This document shows positions 26,120-40,400 of a DNA stretch of 64,000 bases, piece after piece; within the stretch, counting starts at the first letter, position 1, and every line of letters starts with the position of its first letter. Made by a program: the position numbers and the translations under genes. The notes below the pieces were generated by a model. The model was given only the letters and a program-made list of their open reading frames with translations, did no database searches and was not told where the DNA came from. Source of the DNA: Eledone cirrhosa (Eukaryota); NCBI GenBank assembly GCA_964016885.1, contig OZ024740.1, positions 273,606,001-273,670,000 of the forward strand, read 5' to 3'.

Positions 26120-29100
26120 TACATCGGTGTGTAGTTAAAGAACCCCTCTGTCAAAGGAGGTGGTTTTTTTAATTGTATCTCGCGCCCTTGAGTGCTAAAT
26201 TTGCTTTTATTTACAATCATAACCCCAAAATAAAATAAAAACATGGCGGACAAAGAAAATTGTCCACAGGGAGGAGCAGCGAGTTGTTCAGAGGGTGGAA
26301 CAGCCATTTCCACCCAATCACAAGGCAAAGTAGAAAACAAGAGAAACAGCAGCAGTAGCGACAACGACAGTGAAAATGATATCAGCAGCAGCTGTCACTG
26401 GAACTGTAGTAGCAGTAGGGAAAATTATAACGAAAAATTTCGTGCGTTACAGAAATCAAACACCACTACCACCCCCAAATAACAACAATAACAACAGCAA
26501 CAACCACAAAGCACCCAAAGAACAACAACTATAACAGCAGCAACACAAACAAAAACACCGGCGACGGCAACAAAGGCAAAACTAGTGAAGTGTCAACACA
26601 AATCAAAACAAACACATCTTTCGCGAAAGCAACCAACAATTTTGAGCAAATAAACATCACTAACGAAGAGATAAAACAAGCAAAGGTCTTGGTAAAAAAA
26701 CCGGTAAGTCTCACCCGCCCAGCTGAGATAATAAGAAACAAACTTTTGTGTTCGGTCAGTTATCGCACGATCGGATCAAAATCCAGGCGAGTTGAACGGG
26801 CAACGGAGTCACAGGTCCAAAGAGCTATGGGTGCCGTCTGGGCACAGAAAACATATATAGCCCGGGGATCGAGATATGGCACTGTGCATGTGCTCTTCGC
26901 TACACCAGAGGAAGCCAGAGCACACTCCATTGCACCACTCGGCAGCGACGAAATCACAATGATGCCCACATATTGCGGCCAGAGAGTCGTTAGGGTTCGA
27001 TTAGGCCAGGTTCCACCCTCAGTGGAGATGGCGTGGTTGACGGCAGACGTCCTCGCTGACGTTGAAGATTCAACAACCATATTCAACGTCATACGAAAGA
27101 CAGGTAAATAGGACAGGGTCGGGGATGGAGCTAATCATCCAAGCAAACCACGAACGCGTTGAGGCCATCTCCGATGTAATAGATCTGGACGACGGCCCCC
27201 ATCTACCCGTGACTGTCGAAGGTAGGCGCCCAAGGTGTCATGGATGCGGTGACAAGACGCACCCTAAGGCATTCTGCCCCCAAATTACCAAATTACCACG
27301 CCGTGCCCCGCAACTGGAGCAGACAAACAATCAAAGAACACAGTGGCAGAAGAGAAATCACCATCCCCAACAACAAAAACACCATCTCTTGCACCACCCA
27401 CAAAACCAATAGAAAACATACCCCGTCCTGATATAGCCAAATCGGATAAGGGGTGCGATGAGGATGAAGAGTGGAGGACTATTCCAACAAGAAAAGGAAG
27501 AAATCCCTAACCTCACCCCCCCCCCCCCGAAAAAAGAGGAAGAAAGAACCTTAAAAAGAAAGAAAATGAAAACTACCCCACCTCCTTCACCACCATCAAC
27601 AACCACACCCCCACAACCACCTACATAACCACCACCACCGCCACCACCACCACAACCCTTACCATCTACCCATCGTCACCTCCACCAACACGACAGCAAA
27701 CACAGAAAACACCAACACCCAAACAGCAGACACAATACACAGCCATAGACACAGACAACACAAAGCTTTTAAATTACATTCAACACCACACCAACATCAC
27801 AGAAACAAACTACGTACAAGCCACCAAAATTGCCCCCCCACCCCCACACACACACACATAAAAATAATAGAGATTACACAAACAAATTACAACATTAAAA
27901 GAAATATTCCCCACATCAACTGGAGACTACCGAGGGAACATCACCAAAAGAATTTTCACGGATATTCTCGTGGAGAAACCCACCAAGGGTCGGAGGGATG
28001 GATCTCCAACCCCCTTCCTAAAGAAGAGCCACAGGTAATTTTTTTGTACCTCTCCCCTATCATTTGTTTTCCTCCTATCCTAGCCAACATGGCTACTCTC
28101 AGAATAGGTAGCATAAATGTACATGGCCTAGGATCGTCTTGGAAGCAGGGGCACCTGCTGAACGATCTCAGGTCGCTAAATATGGATGTGGTGGCCATCA
28201 GCTAGACCAGAATCTCCGAGGCACGGGCCTTCGCACCGATCTTCGGCGGCTACGATGTGTACGCATCTCCCAGCCGTCCGAGGGAGGAGTTTCTGTGCTT
28301 TTTCGGAGAGGTTTGGATCTCGCCATACGGCCTATCTTCCTGGACCCAGAAGGTAAGTTGGGGATGCTGGATGTGACCAACGGAGACGGCCAAGCTTTCA
28401 GGCTAGTGGCCGTCTATGCCCCGACAGGAGCAGGGCCACCTGATTTCTTCCGGCGTCTGGAGACCTTTCTTGGAACGTCCCGCTCTTTAGTGTTAGTGGG
28501 CGACTGGAACGTGATCTTAGATGCACGTTGGGACTGTGTGGGATTAGCGGATAGGGGTGGAGGGTGCAAGAGCCTCACCAACCTGCTCAGGCGTTTTGAA
28601 TTGTCTGACAGGTACCGATTGGATTTCCCGAATGTGCCAATGTGGAGTCGGACAAATCGCATAGGGTCATCCAGATCATATCTAGATAGAGTATTTTGTA
28701 GGGAAATAGATAGGTGTAGCATAGGCTGTCCACAATTCAAGAGAGTCATTTACACGGACCACAAATTCGTGATCCGTGTGCTTGACTTAGATAGGCTTCA
28801 TAGACGAGGACCCGGCTACTGGAAGCTAAACGCGTCCTTACCAGCGCCCAAGGCCTACAGAGACCGGATTATCAAACTAGTTAAGCGGGCGTTGACGGGG
28901 GCCATCGCCAACAACAAGTGGTGGATTGCTCTGAAAAGAACAATTAGAATAGAGTCCATTAGGTTTAGTAAGGCTTTAGCAATAGAGAAAAATAGAGCAG
29001 AGGGAGAATTAGTTAGACAATTAGACGAGGCGCTTAGCAAAGGCATCGCGACCGACGTACTTGCGGCGAAATTGGCTCTTGACCAATTCTTCAATGCAAA

Positions 29101-31690
29101 GCACGAAAGCTGCGTTGTAAGAGCTAGGGTGCGTGCACTCAGACACGAGGGGACGAAAGCCGTTCAATGGGCCCGAGTGGCGGAGGTGCGTCGTGGCAAC
29201 AAAGCCACGATACGGTCTTTGGTGGACCACGACGGGCGCATGCTACTCTACCCCGGGAAAATGTGTGAAGCTTTTCAGCGACACTTCGCACAGCTGTTCG
29301 GGGGAAGCGGCGGGCCGGATCAAGGGATGGACTTTAGTGTCTACCTCGACGGACTGCCGCGGCTCTCGGCCACTGAGGCAGAGTGTTGCGAAAAGCCGAT
29401 AACAGCCGCTGAAGTACGGGAGGCAATGACTGGCTGCTCAAGGACTAAATCGCCTGGTTTGGATGGTCTGCCTATGAACTTTACGTACATATGCCAGAAC
29501 GGGAGAATTCCCAGTTCTGTGAGCCGATGAGCTGTGGCGCTGCTGAGAAAGGATCCGAACAACGGGGATAACATAGATAATTTCAGGCCCATAACTCTGC
29601 TAAACACAGAGTTCATGATTTTGGCCAAGGTGCTAGCAAAGAGGTTGGCGCTTGTCGTTGGTGGCCATTCAATACAGATCCATCCACGACAACCTCCACC
29701 TCATGCGATACATCGTAGAGAGGTTGGTAGGGAACCTGGCACGAGTGGGTCGTTGATCAATTTAGATCAGTCGAAACCTGTCGATAGGGTCGACCATCGC
29801 TATCTAGCGGCAGTCCTGAGGGCGGCTGGCTTTGGGCCCGTCTTCAGCGGCTGGATCGCTGCCATGCACAGCGACATCTGCTCTGTGGTGAGAGTGAACG
29901 GTCACCTTTCGGAACCGTTCAACATCATGCCCTCGGTCCGCCAAAGATGTCCCCTCTCGTCCCTCTTGTACGTATTGACTATCGAGCCATTATTGCATAA
30001 ACTGGAGACGTTGAGGGGGGTCCCACGCGAACTAGGATGCGGAAGATCCGTGTCAGCATATGCGGACGATGTCAAAGTAGTGGTGTCGAACGCCAAACAC
30101 ATCGAGGCGATCGGCACTACGCTAAGAGAATACGAAGCGGTGACAGGAACAATGATCAAACAGGAAAAGTCAGTGGGCCTGCAGCTCGGCACCTGGAGAG
30201 GCAGGTCCATGCCGTACAACAGCGTTGTCGGGCGCTAGACGGACGGACCGGTTAAATTGCTAGGGGTCTGGTTCGTTTCGGACCTCCATACGGACAAAAA
30301 CTGGGACGAGGTGACGAGCAGGGTGGCTTCTCTCACCCAGAAATGGGCGGAGAGGAAGCTATCCCTGAAAGGTCGAGCGGAGGTGGCTAACGCGTATATC
30401 GCGTCCGTTATCTACTACCGTCTGACCGTTGTACCTTGTCCTAAGCGCCGCCTGACTGCGCTGGAGCGTTTGCTCTTTCGGTTTTTGTGGAAGGGAAGCG
30501 CTCCGATGGTCAGGCGGTCCATCTGCTGTCAACACCCGCTACGTGGAGGGCTGGGCATGCCGTGGATGATGATGCGCAGACACGCGCTCAGGCTACGACA
30601 TCTCCACCTCTTCCGCGACGGTGATCAGGTGTGGTCGCCGTTTGCTAGACACGTCTTTCCCCAGCTCGTCTCCTTGACGGAGCTGCAGTCCTGGGTCAAG
30701 CGAAGACCGAGAGGGAGCGCTTGGAGACTGGAATGTCTTCAGGCGCTCACCGCCCTCGACCAATCGGGCAATGTGATCGGTGGAAACTCCACCTTGGCGT
30801 TCTATAGAGGAGTAGTGGAGGGGAAGAGCGACGACGTACTTGGAGAAACTCTAGGCGTCGACGAAAATCAACTAGCCAATCTCTTCTGAAGGACTTTCGG
30901 GCCGGGGCCTATGGACAACTTCCAGAAATCCCTGGCCTGGCAGTGCTACCGAGGAGTTTGCCAGTTCGGGATAAATTCTACAGACATGGAGGTGCCCTCA
31001 GCCAGGAATGTCCGAGATGCGCTCAGGGCGACGAAACCGTCCTGCACGCACTCGTCCAGTGTCCGACATTGCTGACTTGTGGGTTTATGTCGAACATCTG
31101 CTGTCACGTGTAGGAGGGATCCAGCTATCAGCTGAGTCCATCGTGAGGATTTCCCCGCCCACTTCTTTTAGCCGGGAAGGGAAGGCAGTTTTTATCTGTC
31201 TGGTGGCCATGGCGAAAGAGATAGTATGGTGGACACGTTTGAAAGGGCCGAAGACGAGCACTTACCTCTTCTGTGATGCCCTGATTAACCTTATCAAATT
31301 TCATTTGAAAAGGAAAATCAGGGTAGTGAGGGAAGTGCTCTCTTACCAGAATTTTGTTGAAAGAGGGGTGAGAGAAGCAATTATGGCCCGTGTGAATTGG
31401 CCTACTCTGAGTATCTCTCTGTAAATTAAAGGTGGAAAACTGGGAGAGGGCACTTGCCCTGGTGGTCAGGATAACTGTGGCCTTTTAATGGGCTTTCTCC
31501 ACAAATGTCCCTCGGAAGTCTCCCCCCTATTGGGGAATTTTTTGTTATTTTTTATTACATCCTCTGTTTTTTTTACACGCAGAAATGCCCATTTGTACCG
31601 TCCTGTATTGTCCTGTACTGTCCTTAATGTCTACTTTATGTAAACCCTTGTGGTTAATAAAGAAAGCATTATTAATATTATTATTATTTT
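26120..31690 (+). mobile_element. Near full-length Tx1/L1-clade LINE, ORF1 (from 26243) and ORF2 (28089-31424), both disrupted
   Basis: ORF1 has CCHC knuckle CHGCGDKTHPKAFC and a Pro/Thr-rich tail. ORF2 has MATLRIGSINVHGL, GDWN, TDH, SAYADD. Ends AATAAA + (ATT)n. Confidence 0.95.
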
Positions 31691-31718
31691 CATCATTATT
31701 ATTATTATTATTATTATT

Positions 31719-32740
31719 GTTCTTTGAGTCTCAGTCGTTGATGTTAATTAACTGGAAAGTTTGTTGAAATGAATATCAAGCCACTACCTGCAGCCTCAGA
31801 TATTCAGGACGTATCGGAGGGTTCTTGCTGTCCACAGCAAGCATTCCTTTTGAAGTGTTCCAAAAAGCGGGGCTGGACTAATTTTCTTTAACCATCCTTG
31901 GAAACTCTTTGAGATAGTACCTTGTGCGCCTATGTCAATAGCGACAACCTTGATTTCATGGCAGTTCCAAATCCTTTTTAACTCCCACTTTAAGTCCTGG
32001 TATCGGTTAATTTTCTCCATCTCCTTTTCTTGCAATCTCGTGTCAAATGGGCAGGCTACATCTACAATCAGGCACGATCTTTTCTCCTTGTCCAAAACCA
32101 CCAGGTCAGGCCTATTGTGTTCCAGTTTCTTGTCCGTCTGTATCCTAACATCCCATAGCCCCTTCACCTGATCATTTTCTATCACCGACTCTGGTTTATG
32201 CTCATTCCACTTCTCAGAATGTGGTAAATTGTTTACTTTGCATAGGTGCTAGTGGATCACCCTGTCTATCACATCATGTCTCCAGCCTTTATAGTGAGTC
32301 TGGGCTAGGTGTTCACACTCGGATACAATGTGAGCCACAGTCTCCTCTCTCTCACCACAGATCCTACACAGTGGGCTAGACTCTTCTTTGTAAATATGGT
32401 GTTTCACCACTCTTGCGCAGCCATTAGCATTCCTTCTGTAGCTTTTTTAAGGTCTCCTCTTTTTAACCAGTTCCATGTCTGTTGTTCTCTAAATTCAGTT
32501 TTCCTAAAGAAGGTACTATGAAGGGATTTTTCATGAAGGTTGCACTCTGGTACCTCACCCGAAATCAAGCACTCATTGAACATGGTTGTCAGTTTCGTGT
32601 GGAGGGATGTTATATTGTTAATCCAATACCCCTGCACACCATCTGGGCCTGGTGATTTCCAGTTGGGTAGTATTTTGGCCTGCTCTTTAAGAGTTTCAAC
32701 TGTGATACTCAAATCCGGTTGTTGGTGTGCTTGTTTACTT
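31719..32740 (-). mobile_element. Internally deleted R4/Dong-like LINE fragment
   Basis: PNWKSPGPDGVQGYW is fused directly to TWNWLKRGDLKKATEG; then HNRPDLVV, IVDVACPFD, KINRYQDL; (TAA)n at both ends. Confidence 0.88.
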
Positions 32741-34749
32741 ATTAATTTTATTATTATTATTACTTTTTTTATTTATTTAATTAGTTAGTTAGTTTTATAC
32801 AAATAAGCTAATCTTATAAGCAATTTGACTGAAAGCAAAAACAAAAACATTTCTCTTTTTTTGTTTCTTTCAACAGTTGTTTTATCACAAAAGAAAAAAT
32901 TGAATAACATCAATTAGAAAATGTCTCAAGAAAATAAGATATTTCATGTTAATAAATAGTTTAGAGACTTAAGACTTGCAAGAGAGACAGTATAAAGAGA
33001 ACATCTTTCATTATATAATTATATGGACATTTTTCTCAAATGTCACCCACTAGTAGAGAGTCTTATGGTTCAACTGTGACATTTAAGTCAAGCAACTGGC
33101 TTTTGATTCTTGTGACCCTCTCATGATATCCATTTTCTTCTTAAGTTTTCCGCACAACAACCAATGTTTTTCGCTTCATCAAGTCAACACGATGGTGGAA
33201 GAAATCCTCCTTGAAATGTATAAGATATTGTTTCGAAACTTAGCAGAATAAAAACCAAGAGCTCTTTTAATTTGTTTAATGTCAACATTCTCGATAAGTC
33301 TCCTTCCAAAAAATCTTAAGAGTGGCAATATAATCTAATCGGTTTTTGGCAAGGACATTGTGGCGGTAGGTAGGATAATGGTAGGTGCTGAAATCTTCGT
33401 GATAAGTCTTTTCTTCCTATAGCCATGGAATGTCTATCAATTCTATTTCTGTATGAGAGGGTTTGGTTGTAAAGAACAAAAAATAAAAAATAAAGAAAAT
33501 AAAAACAAAAACAAAACATAAATGGATACAAAAATAAAGAAACATATTTAAAACAACAAAAACATAGAATAAATATTTTGATTCAAATATTCTATTTTAA
33601 CACTTTATTTGGAAAAATAGTATTTTAATCAATAGTAATTTTTTTCTTGTTTTACGCAGAATGAATAGGGAGAAGCATGACTAAATAGGCTAAAAGATAT
33701 CATACTAGTCTTCTCCAATTTAACTGATTAAATTTCGAACAAGAAAGAAAAATAAATAAAAGAGAAAATCCCGTTTTGGATTATTATTTGTATTCAGGTT
33801 TTCGTTTTTAATTATTGCTGTTGCTATAGGATCTAATTCTGTACCTCACATTTCGTAGTTAGAGTCTAGCGAGGGATCAACTTTTCAATCAGTATAAAAG
33901 GTTTATACAATTCGTCAACATCATCATTATCATCATTTTGATCATGATAATTATCACCTTCGTCACTATCATCATCACATCATCAGTAGTCATGATTGAG
34001 CCAACATGAACGCGGATAGATGATCAAACGATTATGTGTATTTTTCTGTTGAGCTTTTGTTTGATCAGCTTTCGTCGAGAAACATTTCTATACAGATTTA
34101 CACTATCCGGTATTCAAGGGTGGCATTATCCAGTGGATTGTTTCGTTTTTTCAGAGTGTATGGTGGTATTTATATAAAAAGCTGTTTACAATTTCTAGTA
34201 GATTCGGTGACTGCATATAAGTATAATCTTTGAAATCAACAATGTAATAAATAGGTACAAACGTAGATGTTTTAAGATATGATTGATGCACTGGAATCGG
34301 GCTCAATCATGCAATAATCACTCTTCACAATATTTTCAAATAACCAATAAAAAATTTAACATTGTTTGATATTGAAGTCCTTAGAGTACTTTTCATTTTC
34401 CAGTCTTTTGCTTGTGGATTAAATACTTTCCCTGCAAACTTGCAAAATACCACAGTCTTCTCAACTCCAAATCCATCTCAAATAACAACTTAACACATTA
34501 AGGGGAAACAATGGAATACAAAGTTTTGGTTATTTAAAGAAGAATGTTTAGTTAGAAATTTATAGGTCAGCTCGATAAGAGTTTTTTAAAAACTTATCAA
34601 GGTTTAATCCTAGGCCAGTCCTGGTTTACTATTGCATAGAAAATAGTTAACAATGAGAAAACTTTATAATGATACTTACCTACATTGACCTCAAATCTTG
34701 TCTTTTCATCACATTTTCCATTCATATGAAATTATAGGAATATAATTCA

Positions 34750-34880
34750 GCTGATGATTTATTTTATTGACACTGGAACAAGGACAAGTAATCTGATATC
34801 GGCAGCATTTGAACTCAGAATGTAATGAACCGTAATTAAATAACACATCTTTTTCTTTTCCGATGCACTCATGATTTTCA
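34750..34880 (-). mobile_element. Degenerate SINE remnant
   Basis: Minus strand has TTACATTCTGAGTTCAAATGCTGCCGA...GTCAATAAAATAA. Confidence 0.45.
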
Positions 34881-35371
34881 TTATCCTCCACGAAACAAAG
34901 TATGTGATTGAGGAAATTCGTGTTTTTCTCAACGAAATGATCTTAGACCTCGAAATTACCGAGTGGATAATGACTAAATTACAAACTCAATTATTAACTG
35001 ATCCTACTTGAAGGTATGCCATTGTGTTTAGAGGCAATAAACGTAAATACTGTATGTATTGTTTCAAGAAAGTTAAATGTCAGAAAGTAATCTATAACAA
35101 GACTTCAAGGAAAGTTACTATATCACAATAGCACAGAACCTGTAAAACAATTATTTCACAGATATATATAGGGTACAAGAAATCCTAGATAAATGTTGGT
35201 CTTTATAAATCCTAGTGATTTGAAAATGTTTAATTGTCTTATAAATATTTCATACACCTAACCACAAACGTATCCCCAGTTGTATTGTTGGTAGTGACTG
35301 ATAGCCACGCTGCAATGACAGACAATGTCAGTCCCGAATAAATGCTTCTCTTACATACATATATAAGGAGG

Positions 35372-35690
35372 ATTATTGGCAGCATCAGTAGACGGTCGGA
35401 CGCCATGCTTTGTAGCATAGAGTTACGACCCTTTACGGTCTGAGTTCAAATCCAGCCGAGATTAACTTTGCCTTACGGTCCATTATTTTAATCTGTCACC
35501 TGGTTTAGAACTGTACACTAGACAATTTAATTACTTCTTAATTAGATAGTTAGCAACGGAAATATTAAGTAATTGTAATAACATAAGAAGTAGATCTATG
35601 AGTAGAACCCCTTACGGGGTCAATAAAATAAAGGACCAGTAATGTACTGGGATAATTGTTGGCCCCCTGCCAAAGGTAGAAACAATTATA
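35372..35690 (+). mobile_element. tRNA-derived SINE interrupted by a ~125 bp insertion (35482-35607)
   Basis: Matches 4385-4577 on both sides of the insert. Confidence 0.8.
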
Positions 35691-36394
35691 TTAGATTTCT
35701 AAATTATTTAGTAATAAAATAAATATATAACTAAACTTTATCATTAAACCAGAGATTAAGCTCATTGTACTTCTACTCATAGATCTACTTCTTACGTTAC
35801 TATAATTATTAAATATTTCCGTTGTTAACTATATAATTAAGAAATAATTAACTTGGCTTCAAACCAGGGACGTGGCTCGAATTCTTGCAGCGAATGGAAT
35901 GTGCTAAAGACCAACAATGCCTAGTGGACAGTTCTAAACCAGGTGACATATTAAATTTACCACCCAGGTAGGACACAGTGGGATTTAAAATCTATACAAC
36001 ACAGCAGAACCACGTTGCTGAGAGGCGAACTCAACCACACAGACTTGCCTGCGTCTGTTATTAATTATTTATTCTTTCAGTCAAACTGAAAAAGGAATCA
36101 CGTAGAACTTAAATATAGGGAACAGAACAGGATTTAGAAAGATAATTAAAATAATTCCAAACTACAATGAACAATAATGATTGACTAAATCATTTTTAAC
36201 AACGTTTTTCACTGACAAATAATCAATAATTGATTGATATTTTATGGGATTTCATTTTGCTAACTTGATTGTTCTGTTTTTGTTTGAAAGTAGTTCATCT
36301 TGACTGTGTGATAGTCAGCGTGATAATTGTACTATTTACTATTTTACATTTTGCGTTTGCTGTGTCATTCCGCGTCATCATTAATATCTTTCAT

Positions 36395-36495
36395 CATGAT
36401 CTGATGACGTAACCCGCCAGCCATAGAAATACGTATTCTGTGTACGTATGCAACATTAGAGGAATATATTGGAATCTGGCCTTCTTTTTAACATA
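36395..36495 (+). ncRNA. Degenerate hammerhead-like motif in PLE-like end
   Basis: CTGATGA (36401)...GAAA-TACGTA-TT; stems I and II pair poorly. Confidence 0.35.
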
Positions 36496-36518
36496 TATAT
36501 GTGTGTGCATGTGTGTGT

Positions 36519-36629
<111 letters not shown>

Positions 36630-37224
36630 TGTGTGTGTATTGTATGTGTATAATGCAGTTTGAAGTATGTACTTAAATTTAAATTGCTTTTGAATATTTT
36701 ATTTATGTAATATTCATCTATTTGATTATTTCATTTATTTCAATAATAGTTTGCTTATTTTCATGTGTTGTATTGGCTTTGGCTTTTCTGATAAGCGTTT
36801 CCTGGCATACAGTATCGTGCCGTCAGATTACGTGGTCTTGAAGGATTGCTTTGTCTCTGACCTTCGTTTTGGAGTTTATAGATCAGTGACGTAATGGAAT
36901 TGTAGTCACTGCAGATAAATATAATTCTATTAAACAGAAACTACGAAATGTGACAGCTGCAGCTTAATAAAACTTGTCTTCTCCATCTGGTGGCTGGTGT
37001 GGGTTTGAGGCTGGTGTACGTTTGTGGTTGGTTTCCGGTATATAGTGATACGGGTCGGTGGTTGTTTAGCGAGAATTATGGGTGCAGTTCAGTGGTTGGT
37101 TTACGGTATTATCCGAGAGTTTTATTTACGGGTTAGAGCAATCAACGGTCTTATTTGCGAACATACATACGTACACACATACATACATACACACATACAC
37201 ACACACACACGTACACACACACAC

Positions 37225-37284
<60 letters not shown>

Positions 37285-37291
37285 ACACACA

Positions 37292-37330
<39 letters not shown>

Positions 37331-39481
37331 AATGGCTGCGATAGCTGGCACCGCCAAGATTTGCAAAACATTCTTGCGATTCTAGGGATGACAATTTCTT
37401 TTCTTGTACAACCTTGCCACCAGGAAGGTGGCCGGTCAGAAATATACTTGAAATTAAGAGAAAGAGAAACATACATACATTTAATAACTGCACTACACTT
37501 GTACAGATACAAAGCATATGCACATACACACATATAACTCAAAACATAAACATCCACACATACAATAACATCAATACCTGCACACATGCACGCATGCAGA
37601 CATGCAGACATATCTACCTAGTTAATGTCGTTTAAATTCCAATGAGAGAGTCTTGTGTCTATCAAACAGACTATCATGTTTTTTTTATCATCAAACCTTC
37701 CTGAATGTTATCATGAAATCTAAAACTTTATATATGTTACGTATGACTTGATTCACTTTGTATACGTACATCAATCAATTATATTATCATATATTTCAGT
37801 GGGCCAAGCTTTGTAACGACAACTAAAATACAATGATGGAAAAACAGTCAAACCTCTTGAGTTATATCTCAATGGCTGGCTGAATTAGGTATGAGAACTT
37901 GATTGATTGTTGATTGATTAGTATATGCTAGCAGAATAACTACCCTTCGGGTGGTTTTCTGCTACCATGTGTAGTGTTTATATTGATATTATACACAAAT
38001 ATATATACATGTGGATACATCAAATAAAATCGTAATTGACAATATACACAGAAATTGAACGAAGTCTATGTTACACTGTCTTCTGCAATCAGTAAAGTAA
38101 TGCATGAAACATTAAAAATAAGACGATATTACATATAAACTGCATTAGGAGTAAATTAGCGACGGAAATATATGCGATATATTTATAAGTGTTATAATAT
38201 AACGGCTACTAACAGGAAGTGTTCACATTAAAAATGTTAAAGAAGTGAATCTTTAAATAATCTATAAAATATATTTAATCAACAGCCACGAAATTTAGCA
38301 CATAAATTATGTAGTAGTCATTCATTATTTATTCAGAGTAATCCAACTTATTTTACAAACGAGGTAAAAAAATATATTCTGGACGCAGTCCCGCACTCGT
38401 TTCTTTATTATAGTTTAGAATGTACAAAATAAACAAATGGGATTCGATTGATACAGAATTATTTTGACGTCCTGGACATCAATGGACATGTCTTTTTAAT
38501 TTCATACGGAATGTGGACCTTGCAGATATTGCTGGCTCCGGAACACCACAGATAAAACTGAGACATGATGAGAACAACTTTTAGTTAGGACCATCAGCCT
38601 TTATTTATCAAATGCATAGCATATCTCGTATTTCATTTCTTACTAGATCCTTCCTGTTTCAAATACTGCAGCAAAATTTGTGGAAGTAAAGGCTGTTAAT
38701 TGTCGAAGGTTAAGTGAACGAAAATGACTCTCCCGCTCTGTTTTGTGTATGGATTATGCGGCCACCTTTTAATGGGTACTAATGTAGTTGTTTAATACCG
38801 AACATCATGAATTCATTTGGAAGGCTTCCTTATTTACATGAAACTAGCATACAAATAAGTAATTTTAAATCCCTGTACCAAATAAGTAATTGTTAATCCT
38901 CTTACAATACAATATCTTCTCAATCGGTACTTAGAAAACTACCATTCCACTACTCAATTGCCAAAGAATATAAGTAATATGCTAATAATCTAAAGCCTGA
39001 ATGGCTTTAAACGCATGAAATTGTCAAAAGAGGATTCTCAGTAATCATCGACAATGTTTAAGTGTCATTGAGACTAGTAGATTAGTGGGTGGTGAGTGTT
39101 TCAAACAAGGTTCTATCGACGCTTGGACTACTGAAGCTCATTGGGATATATCGCTATCTTTCATCTGATGGCTTTTAAAACATATTAAACTTTATTAACT
39201 ATATTCAAGCGTCATGCAGTTGTATTAAACAGGGCGAAATATTAAATCTACTTTTCAAGAAAAGGTTCAATTAATCCGAGGAGCTACCGCATACTTATTT
39301 CCTCACAATATATTTGATGATAGGGGTCATTCGAAAAAATACACTTTCATCAGTTACTAAGCATTGAACCGGGCCTACATCCAAGTGAAATCAAAGCGAA
39401 CGCTTAAACCAAGCTTGCGTCCAATCTTCATAATGTATCAGTAATTTCTTTTAACTTTTGTACATGCTATCTATCCCCATT

Positions 39482-39488
<7 letters not shown>

Positions 39489-39563
<75 letters not shown>
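39489..39563 (+). repeat. (CT)n microsatellite
   Basis: Perfect run. Confidence 0.95.
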
Positions 39564-39566
<3 letters not shown>

Positions 39567-40188
39567 ATGTATAAGCTGTCTCTCCTAGATTAAACCACAT
39601 TAAAAAACCGTATACAAAACCATAGATAAATGAAAATGGAAAACTTGATCAGCAGTAGATGGGATTTTAATGAAGCATCAACCGTTTCCAAAAGATAATA
39701 TGGGATGTAATTTGTTAATTTTATGTAAAACTTCTGTTCTTACACATTCTCCTGATATCCCTCGTCACTCTCAGTTTTAAGCTAAAAATCACAGCATAGC
39801 TCAATATTCAGGTTATCTTCAAGTAATGAACAAATACAACTAACAGCAATAACACGACGAATAAGAGGAAAATATAAAGTGAATAAAATCTTTTCAAGTC
39901 ACATTAGACTATAATTAAAACACATTGATTTCTTTGTGAAAATAAAAATCATTTTAAAAATGATATTTATTGAGCGAATCAATTAGATGAAACAGAATCT
40001 GACAATGAGTGAAATAATCCAGTGTTGTAATCCTCTACAGGCACACTCGACATTCTAGAAAAAGTAGCCAAATGTGTTTTCAAATAACACATTAGCTAAT
40101 AGAGACCTTAGATATGTTTATTTAAAAAAACAATATTGAAAAGAACAGAATAATGAAAGGCTGGAAAGGTTTTCATGACAGACTGACA

Positions 40189-40246
40189 GAAGAAGAAGAA
40201 GAAGAAGAAGAAGAAGAAGAAGAAGAAGAAGAAGAAGAAGAAGAAG

Positions 40247-40281
<35 letters not shown>

Positions 40282-40400
40282 CGACAACACCAATACTAAC
40301 AACAACAACAACAACGCCAATACTAACAACAACAACAATAACAACAATACTAACAACAACAACAATAATAATAATATAACAATATCAACAACAACAACAG
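40189..40400 (+). repeat. Compound (GAA)n(CAA)n(TAA)n microsatellite
   Basis: Direct reading. Confidence 0.95.

Noticed and set aside
33316-34730. Possible host exons on the minus strand (acceptor ~33450, donor ~34679)
   Set aside because: No recognisable protein similarity and no consistent upstream frame; splice-like sites are common by chance.
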